Position numbers and translations under genes: made by a program. A model generated the notes under the pieces. The model searched no databases. It was not told the origin of the DNA and saw only the letters and a program-made list of their open reading frames with translations. Shown in pieces: positions 44,976-47,614 of a stretch of 47,614 bases of DNA (position 1 is its first letter; each line of letters starts with the position of its first letter). The stretch spans positions 1 to 47,614 of the forward strand of contig JAAENI010000898.1 in assembly GCA_024224595.1 (NCBI GenBank). The letters run 5' to 3'. Origin of the DNA: Hyphomicrobiales bacterium. Its GTDB lineage: Bacteria; Pseudomonadota; Alphaproteobacteria; Rhizobiales; Rhizobiaceae.

Positions 44976-46640
44976 ATGGCTGTCAGTGCCAACAGACTTG
45001 AGTTATTACAAATCGCCGACGCAGTTGCTCGCGAAAAATCGATAGACCGCGAAATTGTTATTGATGCGATGGCCGAAGCTATTCAGAAAGCTGCGCGTTC
45101 GCGTTATGGGCAGGAAACAAATATCAAAGTGGATATTGATGCCAAATCAGGCGATATTAAATTGCAACGTTTGTTGGAAGTTGTGGAAGTCGTAGAAGAC
45201 TACACTACTCAGATTTCAATTGAACTAGCGCGTGACGATTCTCCTGATGTGAATTTGGGTGATTTTGTATCGGAGCAATTGCCACCAATGGAGTTTGGCC
45301 GAATTGCCGCCCAGTCAGCAAAACAGGTTATTGTCCAGAAAGTCCGGGAAGCTGAACGCGACCAGCAGTATGATGAATTTAAAGACCGCATTGGAGAAGT
45401 CATCAATGGCAGCGTTAAACGGGTGGAATATGGTAATGTTGTCGTCGACCTGGGTCGTGGAGAAGCGATAATTCGGCGTGATGAAACTATACCCAGAGAG
45501 AATTTTCGCTATGGCGACAGGGTGAGAGCTTTTATTTATGATGTGCGGCGTGAGCAGCGTGGACCACAGATTTTCCTGTCGCGAACCCACCCAGAGTTCA
45601 TGGCTAAATTGTTCACGATGGAAGTGCCGGAAATTTATGATGGCGTAATCGAGATTAAATCCGTTGCACGTGATGCCGGGTCTCGTGCAAAGATTGCGGT
45701 AATTTCTAACGATTCTTCGATTGATCCGGTTGGCGCCTGTGTCGGTATGCGCGGTAGTCGGGTTCAGGCTGTTGTCGGTGAACTGCAGGGTGAAAAGATC
45801 GATATTATTCCGTGGTCGCCTGAGCCAGCCAGTTTTATTGTCAACGCGCTTCAACCGGCGGTTGTCGCTAAAGTTGTTCTTGATGAAGAGGCTGAACGTA
45901 TTGATGTCGTCGTCCCTGACGATCAATTATCATTAGCAATTGGCCGACGGGGTCAAAATGTTCGCCTGGCATCTCAACTTACCGGTTGGGATATCGATAT
46001 CATGACCGAACAGGAGGAAAGTGAAAGACGTCAGGTCGAATTTACGCAAAATACAACTAAATTTGTAGAAGCGTTAAACGTCGATGAAATGGTTGCACAA
46101 CTGCTTGCTTCAGAAGGATTTTCGTCCGTTGAAGAGGTCGCCTATGTTGATATGCTGGAAATTGCTTCGATTGAAGGCTTTGATGATGACACCGCTGAAG
46201 AATTACAGGCACGTGCACGTGAGTTTTTGGAGCGTCAGGAAACGACCCTGGACGAGGAACGAAAAGCGCTGGGTGTTAGTGATGAATTGCGCGAACTCAA
46301 TGGCATTACCACTGCAATGATGGTTGCGTTAGGTAAAGATGAGATCAAAACAATTGAAGATTTTGCCGGATGTGCAGCTGATGACTTGCTTGGGTGGAAT
46401 GAACGTAAAGAGGGAGAAACAACACATTTCGATGGTACCCTTGAATCATTTGGATTGTCGCGTGTTGATGCGGAATCTATGGTTATGTCAGCCCGGTTGA
46501 AGGCGGGTTGGGTGACCGAAGAAGATTTGGCACCCCCTGTCGAAGAAACCCCGGAAGGTGAGTTGGCAGGTGAGACTGAAATGGTTATTTCAGCGGAAAC
46601 AGTGTTTTCCAATGAGCCTGCCAAGCCAAGCGAGGGTTAA
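44976..46640 (+). CDS. nusA: transcription termination/antitermination factor NusA
   Basis: The ORF is 554 aa. It has the N-terminal domain, S1 (..INGSVKRVEYGNVVVDLG..), KH1/KH2 (..RDAGSRAKIAV.., ..LAIGRRGQNVRLASQLTGW..) and C-terminal acidic repeats. Confidence 0.96.
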   Translation: MAVSANRLELLQIADAVAREKSIDREIVIDAMAEAIQKAARSRYGQETNIKVDIDAKSGDIKLQRLLEVVEVVEDYTTQISIELARDDSPDVNLGDFVSEQLPPMEFGRIAAQSAKQVIVQKVREAERDQQYDEFKDRIGEVINGSVKRVEYGNVVVDLGRGEAIIRRDETIPRENFRYGDRVRAFIYDVRREQRGPQIFLSRTHPEFMAKLFTMEVPEIYDGVIEIKSVARDAGSRAKIAVISNDSSIDPVGACVGMRGSRVQAVVGELQGEKIDIIPWSPEPASFIVNALQPAVVAKVVLDEEAERIDVVVPDDQLSLAIGRRGQNVRLASQLTGWDIDIMTEQEESERRQVEFTQNTTKFVEALNVDEMVAQLLASEGFSSVEEVAYVDMLEIASIEGFDDDTAEELQARAREFLERQETTLDEERKALGVSDELRELNGITTAMMVALGKDEIKTIEDFAGCAADDLLGWNERKEGETTHFDGTLESFGLSRVDAESMVMSARLKAGWVTEEDLAPPVEETPEGELAGETEMVISAETVFSNEPAKPSEG

Positions 46641-46675
46641 TGTCAGCAGAATATTTGTTGTCCAAATAGAGAAGT

Positions 46676-47281
46676 ATGATAAAAAAGGAGCAAACTAGAA
46701 CCTGTATCGTATCGCGTGAAAGCGGCAACAAGGATGAATTGTTACGATTTGTTATAGGTCCGGATCAAACGGTCGTAGCTGATATCAAATGTAAACTCCC
46801 TGGAAGGGGAGTTTGGGTTACGAACAGCAGGCAGGCCGTTCAAAAAGCTTATGATAGCAAATTGTTTGCTGCAGGATTTAAACAAAAAGTCAACGTAAGT
46901 AGCGATATTTCACAATCGATTGAGGCTTTACTGCTTGATGATATTTGTCATGGACTGTCGATTGCGAAGAAGGCCGGGGCTGTAATTACCGGGTTTTCGA
47001 AGGTTGAAGCACTGGCAAGGAATGGTCAGGTACGGGTATTGTTTCATGCCAGTGATGGTAGGGAAGATGGATCTGGTAAGATTAATGCTGCGTTGATTGC
47101 CGGACGGAAATCCGGCGGCTATCAGAAAGGGTTGCCGTTAGCCTTCAACAGGTTTAATTCAGCAATACTAGATTCGGCTCTTGGTATGAACAATTCGGTT
47201 CATGTTGCACTGACAAAAGGGGGTGCAACCAGCAGATTGAAAATGCAAATCAGAAGATTGGATATCTATTGCGGTTCGTAA
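46676..47281 (+). CDS. YlxR (DUF448)-type RNA-binding domain fused to an L7Ae-like domain
   Basis: The ORF is 201 aa. It contains ..RTCIVSRESGNKDELLRFV..LPGRGVWV.. followed by ..SIAKKAGAVITGFSKV.. It occupies the canonical nusA-ylxR-infB position. Confidence 0.8.
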   Translation: MIKKEQTRTCIVSRESGNKDELLRFVIGPDQTVVADIKCKLPGRGVWVTNSRQAVQKAYDSKLFAAGFKQKVNVSSDISQSIEALLLDDICHGLSIAKKAGAVITGFSKVEALARNGQVRVLFHASDGREDGSGKINAALIAGRKSGGYQKGLPLAFNRFNSAILDSALGMNNSVHVALTKGGATSRLKMQIRRLDIYCGS

Positions 47282-47407
47282 TGATATCAATCTTCTTGAG
47301 GGGAATTAAAAAAACTGTATCTAGGGCTGGATTTTCCCGGCCTAAAGGTCCAAAAAGCTTCGGCAAGCCTGTTGGCAGGCTGGCAGACAATTAGGAATTG
47401 GTAAAGA

Positions 47408-47614
47408 ATGAGCGATGGTGAAGACAAAAAACCAGAAAATGGTTTGAAAAAGACACTGACTTTGAAAAATTCGGGTGTCTCGCAGGGTACAGTTCGTCAA
47501 AATTTCTCTCATGGCCGAAGCAAATCGGTGGTTGTGGAAACACGCAAACGCCGAATTACTTTACCCGGTGAAGCGAAACCCACGGTTAGTCTCAATCGAA
47601 CAGGCGCCGCGCCG
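47408..47614 (+). CDS. infB: translation initiation factor IF-2 (5'-partial, continues past window end)
   Basis: ATG 47408 follows AGGAA. The translation [49 protein letters not shown].. is a typical alphaproteobacterial IF-2 N-terminus. Confidence 0.9.
   Translation, partial: MSDGEDKKPENGLKKTLTLKNSGVSQGTVRQNFSHGRSKSVVVETRKRRITLPGEAKPTVSLNRTGAAP

Noticed and set aside
47282-47407. Small hairpins (AGCCUG-UUGG-CAGGCU at about 47368-47383) upstream of infB.
   Set aside because: The stem is short (6 bp) with no U-tract and no known regulatory precedent that I can cite. This is insufficient to call a feature.

Overview
This window is an alphaproteobacterial chromosomal segment. Spot counts of individual 60-nt lines put the backbone at roughly 42-48% GC. 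No rRNA, tRNA or CRISPR array was seen by eye.

Most of it is conserved housekeeping synteny:
- pheT-pheS / rplT-rpmI-infC on the minus strand
- mbfA divergent from hrcA-grpE
- glnD-murJ-trpS
- nfu-tsaB-rimI-fur-plsC-like
- miaB-phoH-ybeY-corC-lnt-(XRE regulator)-metK-trmB
- rimP-nusA-ylxR-infB

Two accessory modules interrupt this backbone.
1. About 6.7-13.1 kb: a GC-richer GntR / TRAP transporter / FMN 2-hydroxy-acid dehydrogenase cassette. A decayed serine-recombinase remnant lies on one side and ORF-poor debris on the other.
2. About 25.8-35.2 kb: an eight-gene minus-strand operon sits between plsC-like and miaB. It joins a TorT-type binding-protein ABC importer to PxpA/LamB, a mini-BCCP, a biotin carboxylase and PxpB/PxpC (KipI/KipA)-like proteins. 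A divergent LysR gene and an IS5-family transposase relic sit at its edge.

Module 2 is my best candidate for an undescribed system. I read it as a dissociated, urea-carboxylase-like, biotin-dependent enzyme working with a lactam hydrolase on an imported small amide or lactam.

Other notable signals:
- Two near-perfect Irr-type iron control elements (ICE) overlap the mbfA and nfu promoters.
- The conserved lnt-metK XRE regulator looks like an intact ORF but appears scrambled by compensating indels, a 13-bp tandem duplication and an in-frame stop.
- A promoter-plus-terminator leader lies upstream of rimP-nusA.
- infC has an AUU start, and a structured infC-rpmI leader follows it.

All homology statements come from my own reading of the translations and from recalled family signatures, not from searches.
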